DNA of 64,000 nucleotides from Octopus sinensis (lineage: Eukaryota): positions 67,022,001 to 67,086,000 of the forward strand of contig NC_043007.1 in the NCBI RefSeq assembly GCF_006345805.1. Reading direction: 5' to 3'. A model generated the notes under the pieces. The model searched no databases and was not told the origin of the DNA. It saw only the letters and a program-made list of their open reading frames with translations. The position numbers and the translations under genes were made by a program. Shown here one piece after another: positions 40,749 to 54,003 of the stretch. Each line of letters begins with the position of its first letter. The first letter of the stretch is position 1.

Positions 40749-42886
40749 CATGATTACAATGGATACCTGTCTGCCTGATCTCTTCTTTGGATCCATGTAA
40801 CACAAAAGTCTGATTGGTTATTCATTTGTGAATCTTAGGATAATCCATCTCTACTAAACATTGACCATCTATACATTTCCAGCCACCAGTAGAAGCATAG
40901 ATATGCCAATAAATAAACATAGACAATGTGAGGAGAGGGGCAATAAACAGCACATTAATTCAGTATGATACATCATAATTCATTTAAACAGAGTGTAAGT
41001 TACAAAAGAGCTTGAGAAAAATTTACATGCAATAACAAATACTTCAAGGCTGTGACAGAATCTCGCATGATAGGAAAATCTGAAACACCATATTGAGAGA
41101 GAGAGAGTCATTTATCTTTTACTAGTTTCAGTCATTGGACTGCAGGCATGCTGGGCCACCACCTTGAATTTTTAGTCGAATGAGTCAAACCCCATTATTT
41201 CTTTTTTCAAGTCTGGTACTTATTCTATTGTTCTCTTTTGCCAAACTGCTAAGTAACAGGGATGCAAACACACCAACACCGGTTGTCAAGCGGTGTGGGG
41301 TGGATAGACAGACAGAAAGACACACAAACACACAGACAGATACACACACAGACAGTTAGATAGATATATGACAGGCTTCTTTCAGTTTCCATCAACAAAA
41401 TCTACTCTCAAGGCTTTGGTCAGCCTGAAGTTATAGTAGAAGACACTTGCCATAAAGTACCATGAAGTGAGACTGAACCAAGAACCATGTGGTTGGGAAG
41501 CAAGTTTCTTACTACACAGCCACACCAGCACATGTGTGTGTGTGTGTGTGGTGTGTGTGTGTCATCTCTTTTCAACTCAGAGCTATGACAGAGTGAATCA
41601 TTAGCTCCAAACAAATTAACTCAGCTATACAGTAGTGTGTACTTTTTGCCCTATTTGTACATGCTAGTGCACACATGTGCATATGTGAAGACAATACTTG
41701 CAAACCAATAGAAAAAGCCAAAATGAAATAGAAAATAATAGCAATAACTGTATGTGGTCAAACCACATGGCTTGGTGCTTAAGTATATTTCTCTTACCCT
41801 ACCTGATGTCCATTATATTATCAGTATTTTCTCACTATCCTCCCTAAGACATGTGTATGAGAGAGTACTTGATTGAAAAAGGGAAAGGCAAAAGTAAGAT
41901 TAAGAGGTCTCAAGGAAAGCAGGAGTTGGGGGGTGGATTATGTGTGAGTGTTTTCATTGTCATATTTAATCCTTCTACAACTGCTACTATCAGTTATTCA
42001 TATAAACCCTCATAAAATCCTAGCTATAACTGTCCCTCTGCAAAGACCTCCTGTGAATACCTGTGAGCCAAACCAAGGATTAGAGTTCGATGCTAATGAA
42101 GAGACAGAACAAAAAAAAGAAACCATTGTTTTCACCAGAAGCCAAATCTGCAAGCAGATTAACAGATCATGGCTCATGGAATGAAATAATTACTCAAATA
42201 TTTCCAATATTAATCCTGCAATATTCCGAGGAAACAAAAATGAAAACAAGTATCAACGTCCACCAACAACTTAAAAATAATACCAATAACCTTAATTACC
42301 ATGTTGTATTTTTCTTCAAAATAATAATGGTATGTAGCATTATCTAAGTTTAGGTAGCTTATTCATGTGGGCATGTGTATCTTTGCTATGTGTGGTGAGT
42401 ATAAATGCTGTTGCTGCTGACCTTCCAAAAGTATTCCAGCCATTATTATTCCATTCTATTTTAAGGCATAATGCAAATAAACTATATTATGCTATGTATC
42501 TTTATCTTTATAGGATACTATTGTAACTTGAGTGAGATTTAGCTGCTATTTCTAGTGGATCAAATGACCACAGAGGCTACCCTGTAAGGACAGTGGCATT
42601 TAATATTAATGATTCTAACAACTTTTAATTATAGTGATGGTCATAATAATAAAAATCCTTTCTACTATAGGCACAAGGCCTGAAATTTGGAGGCGGGAAC
42701 TAGTCGATTAGATCAACCTCAACACTCCACTGGTACTTAATTTATCAACCCCAAAAGGATGAAAGGCAAAGTTGACCTTGGTGGAACTTAAACTCAGAAC
42801 ATAAGGATGAACAAAATACCGCTAAGCATTTTGTTCGGCAGGCTAACGATTCTGCCAGCTCACTGCCTTAATAATAAAAATAACAA

Positions 42887-43257
42887 AACTAGAGCACTCG
42901 GAGAGCGCAAACCTCTGCCAAGGCAACATCAACGTCCTCACAACGATTAGCCAGAGATGATTCCTAAAATGAGAATATCTGAAATAAACTTGACTGCTCT
43001 CACAAACGAGAGTACTAAAAATGAACCTGGCCGCTCTCAAAAATTAAGTAAAAAAAAACAGGAAAAGTAATCCAGAATCCTTGACCAGTAACAGATTGAT
43101 CCCCAAATCTAATCAGTTCGTGCCAGTCACAAGGCTAAACATCCCTGAAAGTTTCATCCAAATCCATCCAGTGGTTCTTGAAATATTTTGTCCATGGACA
43201 AACAAACAAACAAACATGACTGAAAACAATACCTCCACCTTCGCTAAAGCAGAGGTA
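42887..43257 (+). mobile_element. Helentron-associated non-autonomous element (HINE/DINE-1-like)
   Basis: 5' subterminal ACCTCTGC pairs with 3' GCAGAGGT. 3' hairpin TACCTCCACCTT-CGCT-AAAGCAGAGGTA, an (ACAA)n microsatellite before it, an aagtttcatccaaatccatccagtggttcttgaaatatt core, and an A-rich target. Confidence 0.68.
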
Positions 43258-44537
43258 GTAATGGTTTCTAATTTAGGCACAAAGCCAGCAATTTTGAGGA
43301 GAAAATGTTAGTTGGTAATAATTTCAGCCTAGATATAAGAGCATTTTGACTGTAATTTCTAGAGGACCATGAAATGGACCTCAAAGGTTTGCAAGTTAGT
43401 TATAACCTGCGATATACCCCCAGTACAGCACTAATCAAACAGAACTATGACACCTTTGTATTTGACTGTTATGATAAGGTTTGATCTACAGTAACTCCAG
43501 ATATGTCAAGATGGGAGACAGTGACAAACTGCAGATAATAATAATAATAATAATGATAATAACAACAACAAAGGATTATGCAAAAGCTTCAATGCCATTC
43601 TAAAATTATACAATCACATAATCAAAATTTCGAAGCAACAAAATAATGAAAGATTAATTAAAAACAATGTGAATGAAAAAGCATTACATTTGAATTTATA
43701 ATCTGAATGCTAAAGAGCTAAAGAGCCATACAAGTCAAAAGGAGGCTTTTAATAGCTTATTCTGAAGAGGGAGGGTAGTACCCATGCCATTTTACTGGGT
43801 TTCTGGGACTGGTGGAAAAAAGAAAAGAAGAAACCACAGTTGAGAGTTAATCTTATGATTGAAAACATGAACCAAATGCTTGCAACACATAATCTATGGT
43901 AAAGGTACTCAAGGACAAATGGTCAAGGGGAACTTTTGATGTGGTCATTCAATCTGCTAAGAACACTAGTCAAATATCCCTCAAATCACTCCCTACACTC
44001 ACAAAGGAAAAGTATATTGAACAAGGAAATTGCTGATATACAAAATAGGATGATTGTAGCGAGAATTCCTTTGATCATGGATTGGCTTAATCAGAGCTGG
44101 CCCGAGGCTAATGATGGGCATGCATACATCAACAAACAGTAATACACACACACACACCACACACACAAACGATGAAATGATCACACACACACACACACAC
44201 ACACGATGAAATGATCATACACACACACACACACACGTTACCAGCATGCACTACCACACATTAAATACAAATACAATACCAAACACATACACACACATTA
44301 CAAACACACCACCAACCAATGCACAAATTTTTGCCTTCCCTCACATCCATAAAAAAAACAAAAAAACAAAAAAAAAAGCAGAAAAGAATTTCTTCCTTTT
44401 TCTTTTTTACATGATCCCCTAAAACTTTTAAACTTATTATATTTCAATCAATGATAAGAGAAAGGACTGTTGTGATGGCAGCTATTCTTCCTTGTCCTAT
44501 CGCCGCCCCACATGCAAGCACTGCCCACCTCACTTAC

Positions 44538-45210
44538 CCAAATCCTGCAGCCTACTTCAATACCAAAAAAAAAAAATTTTTTAAACAGAAAAAATTTTTT
44601 TTTTCCTTTAAAGCTTTCACTTCTCTTTCTTTCTCTTTCTCTCACATATATGACACCCATCTTCACCCACCACCCACCCATCCACCAAAATCACCACAGT
44701 AACAATCACCTACCACTTCACCTCTTTTACCTTATGAATCTTCCCTGCCTCCATCCTTTCCATCCACCCACTCACCCACAAAAACTGCTCCACTTTTGCT
44801 CCATATTTTCAAAAAAAAATTGTACCACCCTCCCCCTCACACACTCTGCTCCCACCCCTGTCATCGACTACCATTGCCCTCCCCCCACCGCCTACACCCA
44901 ACCAAAGATAGTCACATTATAATAAAAACATTAAAAGGCCCTCCTTTCCAATCACTGCAACAACAACAACAATGCTGACACCACCACCGCCACCACCACC
45001 CTACCATTTCTCAACTTCTTTATCTTAACAGCAACAACAATACTACTGCTGTTTTCTTTCTTTGCTTGGTTATTTTTTTATATTTTTATATATATACATT
45101 ATATTAACTTATTTTATTTATTTATTTATAAACTGAAGTAAATAAACCTCGAACAATACTCTCGCATCCATGCACAAGTTTACATGTATGAGCATACACA
45201 TGTTCATGTG

Positions 45211-45241
<31 letters not shown>

Positions 45242-45416
45242 GGATCCATGCACCCTGCCACAAATTTGATAGAGAGGAATAAACATATAGTAAAAAAAAT
45301 AAAAAGACTTAAAAAAAAAGACAATTGATAACGAAAATATGTCTTCCACCATTCCACCCCCATCTCCGAGAAGTTTCTAATATTGGATTACAATATTTAA
45401 AAGGTTCACATCATTC
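44538..45416 (-). other. Candidate non-coding exon ending at a strong donor; 5' boundary uncertain
   Basis: GGATTTGG|gtaagt with TGCATG and G-runs just downstream. G-rich UTR-like body and a possible acceptor tgctcattttcag at 45417. Confidence 0.3.
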
Positions 45417-45441
45417 TGAAAATGAGCACTTGCCACAGAAG

Positions 45442-45502
<61 letters not shown>

Positions 45503-45640
45503 AAGTCAAATGTACATGTGTGCACACTCGTACACACAAATGACCTTGTGTGTTAATTGGAGAATTTTACAAATGCTCTTTGTAGTGAAAGTAAAAATAC
45601 TTTTTATTTACATTTATTTATATATTCCTATTATCATTAT

Positions 45641-45975
45641 CCGTGCCGGTGGCACGTAAAGAGCACTATCCGATCATGGCCGTTGCCAGCCTCGTCTGGC
45701 CCCCGTGCCAGTGGCACGTAAAAAGCACCATCCAATCGTGGCCGTTTGCCAGCCTCATCTGGCACCTGTGCAGGTGGCACGTAAAAAGCACCCACTACAC
45801 TCACGAAGTGATTGGCGTTAGGAAGGGCATCCAGCTGTAGAAACACTGCCAGATCAGACTGGGCCTGGTGCAGCCTTCTCGTTTCCCAGACCCCAGTTGA
45901 ACCGTCCAACCCATGCTAGCATGGAAAGCAGACGTTAAACGATGATGATGATGATTATGATGATGAAGATGATGA
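45641..45975 (+). mobile_element. 3' UTR-only copy of the same RTE family. Older fragments near 6490-6650, 8480-8580, 10660-10860, 12200-12350, 28950-29190, 50480-50570 and 62200-62300
   Basis: Shares ttggcgttaggaagggcatccagctgtagaaacactgccagat...cccatgctagcatggaaa...(GAT)n with 62316-62480. Confidence 0.8.
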
Positions 45976-45987
45976 TTATCATTATTA

Positions 45988-46675
45988 AGGCAGCGACCTG
46001 GCAGAACCATTAGCATGCCCAGCAAAATGCTTAGTGGTATTTCACCCATCACTACGTTCTGAGTTCAAATTCCACCGAGGTCGACTTTGCCTTTCATCCT
46101 TTCAGGGTTGGTAAAATAAGCACCAGTTGAGCACTGAAGTCAATCTAATCAACTGGACCCCTCCCCACAAATTTATGGATTTGTCCATATTATAGAAAGG
46201 ATCATTATTTTCATTATTAAGGTGGCGAGCTTACAGAATCCTTAGCACACTGGACAAAATGTTTAGCAGTATTTCGCCTGCCACTACATTCTGAGTTCAA
46301 ATTCTACCAAGATCAACTTGACCTTTCATCCCTTCAGGGTTCATAAAATAAATACCAGTTGAACACTAGGGTCAATGTAATCAACTAGCCCCCTACCCCA
46401 AAATTGCTGCCCTTGTGGCAAAATTTGAAACCATTATTAATCCGGTGGTGAGCTGGCAGAATTGTTAGCACACCAGGCAAAATGCTTAGCAGCATTTCAT
46501 CTGTCTTCATGTTCTAAATTCAAATTCCGCCAAGGTCAACTTTGCCTTTCATCCTTTCGAGGTCAATAAAATAAGTACCAGTTGAGCACTGGGGTTGATG
46601 TAATCGACATACCCTTCCCTCGAAATTGCTGGCCTTGTGCCAAAATTGGAAATTATTACTATTATCAAATTTAAG
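45988..46675 (+). mobile_element. Three head-to-tail copies of SINE family B
   Basis: Units start near 45988, 46221 and 46442, each ggc/tgg.gagct.gcagaa...gagttcaaattc...gcctttcatcc...attatta. Confidence 0.9.
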
Positions 46676-47023
46676 GCATATATCAGTGTCAAGCTGATTC
46701 TCCCTGAGAATTACATTAAGGGTACACAGATCTGTGGGGTTCTCAGCTACTTGCATGTTAGTTTCACAAGCATGCTGTTCCTTTGACCAACTCAACTGGA
46801 ACACTCATCGTTGTAACTGGCAGAGTACCACTGTTAATGTTCAGAAAGTGACAGCAGAAGAGGGAGAGAGAGCTACACCAGCACTCAGCCAGTACTCATT
46901 TTCAGTTGAGTAGATTAAACAAATTAGACTTTGATAAAAAAATTTTGCTTCCATCTTCCTTTTGTTAAGTAATCTACTACAATTGGTTTACATTTGGGAC
47001 ATCATACCTGTGTTGAAAACAAT

Positions 47024-47193
47024 AGGAATGGCTGTGTGGTAAGTAGCTTGCTAACCAACCACATGGTTCCGGGTTCAGTCCCACTGTGTGGCATTTTAGG
47101 CAGGTGTCTTCTGCTATAGCCTCGAGCCAACCAAAGCCTTGTGAGTGGATTTGGTAGACGGAAACTGAAAGAAGCCTGTCGTATATATGTGTG

Positions 47194-47244
<51 letters not shown>

Positions 47245-47344
47245 ATATATATATATATATATATATGTATATGTATATATATATATATGTATATATATAT
47301 ATGTTATATATATATATGTATATATATATTATATATATATATAG

Positions 47345-47409
<65 letters not shown>

Positions 47410-47697
47410 ATTATATATATATATATATATATGTATATTTATATATGTATATATAATATGTGTGTGTGTGTGTGTGTGTGTATATGTTTGTGTGTCTGTG
47501 TTTGTCCCTCTAGCATTGCTTGACAACCGATGCTGGTGTGTTTACGTCCCCGTCACTTAGCGGTTCGGCAAAAGAGACCGATAGAATAAGTACTGGGCTA
47601 ACAAAGAATAAGTCCCGGGGTCGATTTGCTCGACTAAAGGCGGTGCTCCAGCATGACTGCAGTCAAACGACTGAAACAAGTAAAAGAGTAAAGAGAG
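47024..47697 (+). mobile_element. tRNA-derived SINE family A with an internal microsatellite. Other copies: 1036-1410(-), 6071-6450(+), 27541-27915(-), 31255-31590(-), 32470-33270(+, nested inserts), 41115-41530(-), 49335-49810(-), 59280-59640(-); partials at about 10900, 12600, 52030 and 57590
   Basis: Shared head ggctgtgtggtaagtagcttgc...ggttcagtcccactg (B-box-like), body gtgagtggatttggtagacggaaactgaaagaagcc, and tail ...gactgaaacaagtaaaagagt. Confidence 0.93.
47180..47500. repeat. Long (TA)n/(TG)n microsatellite. Others: (TA)n 21186-21253, 31005-31038, 33440-33475, 33655-33700; (CA)n 49545-49650; (AGAC)n 15460-15500; (AAT)n 37250-37305; (TAG)n(CAG)n 38220-38275
   Basis: Visible directly. 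Confidence 0.97.
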
Positions 47698-48757
47698 AGT
47701 TGCAGGATCTGCCAGAAACAGCAGCCAAAATCTGCCACATAAGTACTGCACTGGATAATATAACCTTAGTTACATGATGGCTGGATAAAAGAGAAATAAG
47801 TCACAGCTGGAATATCTCTAATTTGTAGACCTACTCTATCAAGACTGACTTGAGAAAAACAATAATAAAAATAAAACAATAAAATCCTCAACACCATTAC
47901 TTTAATTATTATTTAAACCATTGAGAACCATTATGACATGAATATTGGCAGTGATTGCAACCATCACAACCAATCACCGTCATCAGTATTGTTATTCATT
48001 ATGACTGCTATTAATCATCATAACTGTTAAATCTTCATTGCCAGTATCAGTCATCATCACATACATACTGTCGACTGTCACAGTTACCATCATTATTATG
48101 TTATACATATTTTTGCCTTTGCAAACACCAGAACACCTAGCCCTGCCCAGATCTAAACAGCCCTCTGCCCCAGACATGCCCAGCCCACCAACTAATAGTG
48201 AAATCCTAAACTAACTTACACAACAACAGGAAACTTGAGAACAAGAGTAGGGGGGAGGGGAGGGGAGTGGTAAAATGAGCTTTAAGGGTGGCAGTAGTTG
48301 TGGGAGGAGAAAATAGTGTCTGCCAGGGACAAGTAAGTGGAATGCAAAATATTTCTTCCCTTCATCTTAGCTATTTGAACAGTGCTTCCGATTTTTGTGC
48401 TGATACCCAAGCAGCATCGGATATCACCGGAGATGTCTAGAAACTGAAGTTCCGGATGAGATCAGGAAAATCACTCAGCAAAACAACAGTAAGGTGAGTT
48501 GTGTTGTGCGTGTGCACATATATGCATTGTTAGATTGTGTGTATATACATATATATATATATATACACACACAAACACAAATGTGTGTATGTATGTGTGT
48601 GCACTTACACACACACACACACGTATGCATATGTAAAGTTAACTAGCACACACATGCACACAGTCGTGTAGAAGAATGCATTGTGTGCATGCATTTGTAG
48701 ATGTCTGTGTATAATTGACTGTTTTATAAGATTTCTATATGGATCCATATATTAGAT

Positions 48758-49270
48758 CAGGGGTGGGGGAAACTTTTTAATGCAGTGGGCAAATATTTCC
48801 AAGGAAAAAGGTCCATGGGCAGACCACAAATTCTAACTCTTATAATCTGTGTAAATCTCGTATATATCTATGTATAATTCGATATACATTAATAAAGATA
48901 AGTTTGACACGTTAATGCATAACATCATTAACACAGCCACTGAATTTAGAACATTTATATTATTTATGCAATATTCTTTATCTTTCAGCTAGAGTGTAGT
49001 AATTGGGTCTCAAGGGGGTGGTACAAACCTAGCAATATGTGTTTTATAGTGTAAACAAAACTTCCATTCAATTGGAACAATTTCTGTTCGAGTCTTGTAA
49101 GTTGTAGTGGAAATGCGGCCTATGTTATAAATAGGCTTGTGAATATTGCATAAATTTTATAATTGAAAAGTTTATTATATTTTGTACATAGAAGTATACT
49201 GGCCATTGGGCACAAAAGAATGTGCCCGCAGGTGCAGTTGAGCCTGCAGGCAGGGGTTTCCCCATCCCTA
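48758..49270. mobile_element. Non-autonomous hAT element (513 bp)
   Basis: TIRs CAGGGGTGGGGGAAAC / GTTTCCCCATCCCTA with a perfect 8-bp TSD TATTAGAT (48750-48757, 49271-49278). Confidence 0.88.
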
Positions 49271-49547
49271 TATTAGATGCATATTTCTATGCAGGTATAT
49301 GTGCACATACATGTGTAAGTGTGTGGATGTATGTTTATTTATTTTATCGTTTGTTTCAGTTATTTGACTACAGCCATACTGGAACACACATTGAAAGGTT
49401 TTAGTTGAGCAAGTCAACCCCAAGACTTTTTCTTTTTTTAAGCTTAGTACTTATTCTATCGGTCACTTTTGCCAAACCGCTAGGTTATGGGGATGTAAAC
49501 ACACCAACACCGTCAAGCAGTGATGGAAGAACAAACACCAACACAAA

Positions 49548-49655
<108 letters not shown>

Positions 49656-51247
49656 AGGCTTCGTTCAGTTTCCATCTACCAAATCCACTCACAAGACTTT
49701 GGCCAACCCAAGACTATACCAGAAGACACTCGCCCAAGGTGCCACACAGTGGGACTGAACCCAAAATTGAGGTTGGGAAGCAAGCTTCTTACCACACACC
49801 CACATCTGTGCATATACTATATATATAACATATACAAAAGTATGTAAATATAACTAATTTTGTACATGTATTGAAAAAGTTTAGAAATATGCAATTTTTT
49901 ATAAAAGATTACTTCCCACCCACCTCATCAAAATGAATGGATGGATGGATGGATGTATATGTATGTATGCATCCATTGTATACTTAACACACATTAACAG
50001 ATTTGTACTCATTTTCCAATAGTGCACACACGTTCACACACATACATATTGAGTAATAAAATAATCCTTACCACTCCATATTTTTTCTTTTTTCTTTCAA
50101 AAAAAGTTTCTTAATTGATAAAAATTCTATCCATAGAATGTAATCTATATATTCTATTTGTATTTACAAATATTCTTATATAGCATTTGTAGATAAATTT
50201 CATGAAATTTTAAGCCAAAAACTGAATACATAAAACAAGGCTGTCAGACTACCTCAACTAAACTTATTCCCTTTTTCTGAAAAATAACCTTGCTGGATTG
50301 TCTAGGTGGCAATGGAATTATTTTTTATAATAAGCCTTATTGGGGAGGGGGCTATCATTTTTTATTTGCTTTCTATGCTTGCATAGGTTGAACTATTCAG
50401 CAGGAACCAACAACAACAAAAGTTTGGGAAGTTCAAACTAAACATTAAGAATACCACATCTCAATCTCATCTAATGATTCTGTTTCAGCATGATTTCTAC
50501 AACTTGATGTCCTTCCTAACACCAACCACTTTTGCAGAATGTACTGGATGCATTTTGGGGGGGCACCTGTACTATTGAGTTGGTTTACCCATCCACAAGA
50601 CTGAAAACACCTCTCAGCCCTGCATTGTCTCTGCTTAATTCACAAAGTACTTCACAGAGTGTCATCATCATTAGGTGACATCTGCTCTCAGCAGGTTGAA
50701 TCTCAAGGATCCCTGTTATGGGAGAATCCTGTACACACCCACATGACTGAAAGTGAACTAACAGATTTCAGTAAGAACTGTGTGAGCTGTCAAGTGTTAG
50801 TTCAACATGTTGGTTTTACAGTTGGTAGTTGAACAGTAAATACTGAGTATCATACCTACATTTGAGTAGTATGGAGTGCATTCTGTGTTAACATATTTCT
50901 GCAATAGGTTATTTTTAGATAACCACAACCAACTATTTATTTGTGTAATACCATTTTACACCAGATGAGTATACCCATGTCATAATCTCCGTTTGGGACT
51001 TTTCTTTGCCTTTCTTATTCATTCACCATACAGTAACTTAGTCCAGTCCTTGATGTTACCAAAGCAGTTTATTCTAAGTCTGTCAAGTGTTTGCCATTTA
51101 TCTTTCCTTCTAAGTAATAGTCCAAGTTCATGTTGTTCAATACAAAAATACTTTCTGTTGTGAACAAATAACACCTGCTTGTTTTTGCCCACCACCCACT
51201 ACCTTTTTTCTTTTGTGAGTCAAGAAAACTGGAATAAGCTGAATTAT

Positions 51248-51457
51248 TTAACCCTTTAACATTTAAACCAGTCATATCCAGCTTTATGTGTAAACTAGCC
51301 AGATCTGACCTCTCACACCAACCCTATAATGTTATTCTAAAAACATAAAATCATATCTTTGTAATCTTGAAGCTTTGAGATAATGCTTGATTAAGTGAAA
51401 ATAATGTGAATGAATAAGCATTTCATTGACAGGATAATCTGAAAGCTGAAGGGTTAA
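51248..51457. mobile_element. piggyBac-like MITE (about 210 bp). Other copies at 236-464, 8747-8970, 9755-10310 (split by a SINE), 19190-19635 (split) and 57835-58043
   Basis: TTAA-CCCTTTAACATT ... AAGCTGAAGGG-TTAA ends, with the same internal body in at least 6 places. Confidence 0.75.
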
Positions 51458-53663
51458 GCATCTTGCCTCTTAAATACAACACAATGGCAAGAGTAAGATT
51501 TGAACTGATGACAATATGGTAAGTAGTTCAGCATCTTAATCTCAAGCCAAATGTACCTCATAGGAAGATGCAAAAACACCACAAATTTTGCAGAAGTGAT
51601 TTCTAACACCATGACAATGTATTGTTATAGAGATAAGAATAAATATTTTCTAATTTACCAAATGAAGTCTATTGCCCTTATAGAGTAAAGTTCATTCAAT
51701 CAGAAGGCCTCAGACATGACTATACAAATCATTCAATCATTTCCAAAGTTTAGTGTAGCAAACTTCTTCATAGTGATACTTAAAAGAAATTATAGTATAA
51801 AGATTTGTTTTAAAATATGGATTAGTTGTTTTTCCTACACAAACCAACCAACAACAAGGAATCAGAGGGCATTAAATTTCCTATCAATAGACATAGGCAT
51901 CAAATTTCCCACAAATTAGATACTATCCTCTTTAAGAGGCAGCAATACACTGGATAATGTAGAAATAGGTATTCAATATCCGACAAAAGGACAAGATGGT
52001 CATGGCAGGAATGTCACTAATGATCTTAGGCACAGGCAATGGCTGTGCAGTTAAGAAGATTGCTTCCCAGTCACATGATTTGGTTAGGCCCCACTGCAAA
52101 GCACCTTCAATGAGTGGTCTTCTCCAGGCCAACCAAAGCCTACTGAGTGGATTTGGTAGACAGATACTGAAAGAAGTCTCTGAAAGAGAGAGAGAGACCT
52201 GAAAAGGGTCACAGATGCAACACTTCTTCCTATGAGTTCACAATTATACACACACATGTATGTATGCACACATATACACATGCGTACAAATATGTATTTA
52301 CAAACAAACTCTCTTAAAAACATGTATATACTACATGTATTTGTTGGTAAATAGCAACTTTGTTTTATTCAAAAGCCATGTGTAAAAAAACTTCATGCAA
52401 CTTTTTTTTTAGCAAGATTTGATCTTGACACAAAATCTGAAGCATACACTCACACACAAACAAATTAATGTGTATGTAAAGTGAGTTGGTCATGTGACAA
52501 CTGATTCTACATGTATACCAGCATTGTAAACAAATTCACATTGATCATGTCATGTGCAAGCAAACAAGACTACTTAAGCAGAATTTGATTCTGCTGCAAA
52601 ACAAATGTGTTTATGACAAGACACCTTCTCATAAATTTTTTTTTAAATACATTTCTTCTATATGTGTACAAAACATTTGTCAGTTCTCTGGCAGCCAGTT
52701 GTAATCCTAATTCCTATTATATTGTTAATCAATTAGGAGTGGTCGTTAAAAAACACAGGTTTATATATTTGTTCTATGATGTGTCATAGAAACATATTGT
52801 TAGGATATCAATGGTTATGTGGCATTGAACACATGATATATTGATAATGATTACTTCAGCTGAATGATTTAATAAAATGTCGCAAACAGTATTTATTAAA
52901 AGTGACAAGTGACTTATATACAGGCCACAGGCTAAGACCAGAATATTATAAACACAAAGAGGACGCGACTTATCTAATACTGTAACTTATATAGGTTTAA
53001 ACAGCACATAATTGTTTACACCTGTACTCCTATGCATGACATATGTGTGTGAGTGCACACATGAGTACACATATACAGATGCTTTCTGTGCTCTGAATTC
53101 AAATCTGCTGAGATCAACTTCACCTCATATTGAAGTTGTGTTACATTAATGTACTGTCCTTGTGTAAGACAGTAGGTTACATGAGTAAGACCTGACAGCG
53201 ATTTCTAGCAGCTCAACAGAGGCACCCTCATTGACAAAGCAGTGTTGTGCTGTAGTATAGAAAGAGGAATTAAGTTGTCTGACTATAGATCAATCCATCT
53301 TAATGCACAACAGCAGTCCAAAATAAAACAGATCAAAATTTCTCAAAGTTGTTGCATTTATCAAACCAATCATTTTCAAATTCTTCAGGACATTTTTCAA
53401 AAGATTATTCAAATACAAAATATTGTTATAATATTTTAATCTTTCATATCATTACCAATATTTTTTTTTTCCTTATCTGTACAACTTTTAATATGTTCAG
53501 CTAATATCAGCTGTTGAATGAATGAATATTCCCATCCTTATGGCTGACAGATGACAGAGACCCTCTCACACACAACCCATTTGTTGTGTCCACATGCTAC
53601 TTTTAGCATGAATAATACTGATGGGCTCCAGGTTCTTTCTCTCTGTTACTATTTTTCTAAAAG

Positions 53664-53795
53664 AAATCGGCCATGGTCAAATCTATAGAGGGGTAGATTC
53701 TGCTAGGTGTAAAAGTGTCCAAATTATTCGACATAATCATGAAAGCACCCCTACAACTACTCCTTCAAGGAATTGGGGGCCCAAGGCAATGCAAG
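53664..53795 (+). CDS. Candidate plus-strand exon (132 nt, phase 1-1): xIGHGQIYRGVDSARCKSVQIIRHNHESTPTTTPSRNWGPKAMQ
   Basis: Acceptor ttctttctctctgttactatttttctaaaag|, donor CAAG|gtatgt. Only one frame is open and it is symmetric. No recognisable domain. Confidence 0.3.
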
Positions 53796-54003
53796 GTATG
53801 TAGATGTATTTGTGAAAATATAGGCACGTGCACACATCCATGCCAGCATGGAACATGTACGTTAAATGATCCCACATTTACACGCAAGTGTATGTGTGCA
53901 CAAGCACACACACTTCACTTCTCTCAAAGGAAAGAAATATTTTAGGTAAATGCAAAATGTTTTTCACATTAACACCAAAAAAACAGCACTCACAATGTCA
54001 AAA

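Noticed and set aside
41948-42184. 78-aa ORF with a hydrophobic N-terminus
   Set aside because: No recognisable family, promoter or splice support. A 32-nt minus exon-like signal in the same place has the wrong phase for the next exon.
47141-47526. Y/I-repeat ORFs
   Set aside because: (TA)n inside a SINE.
48370-48494. Plus exon-like block with AAG|gtgagt and CpGs
   Set aside because: Stops in all frames from the best acceptors; at most a non-coding exon.
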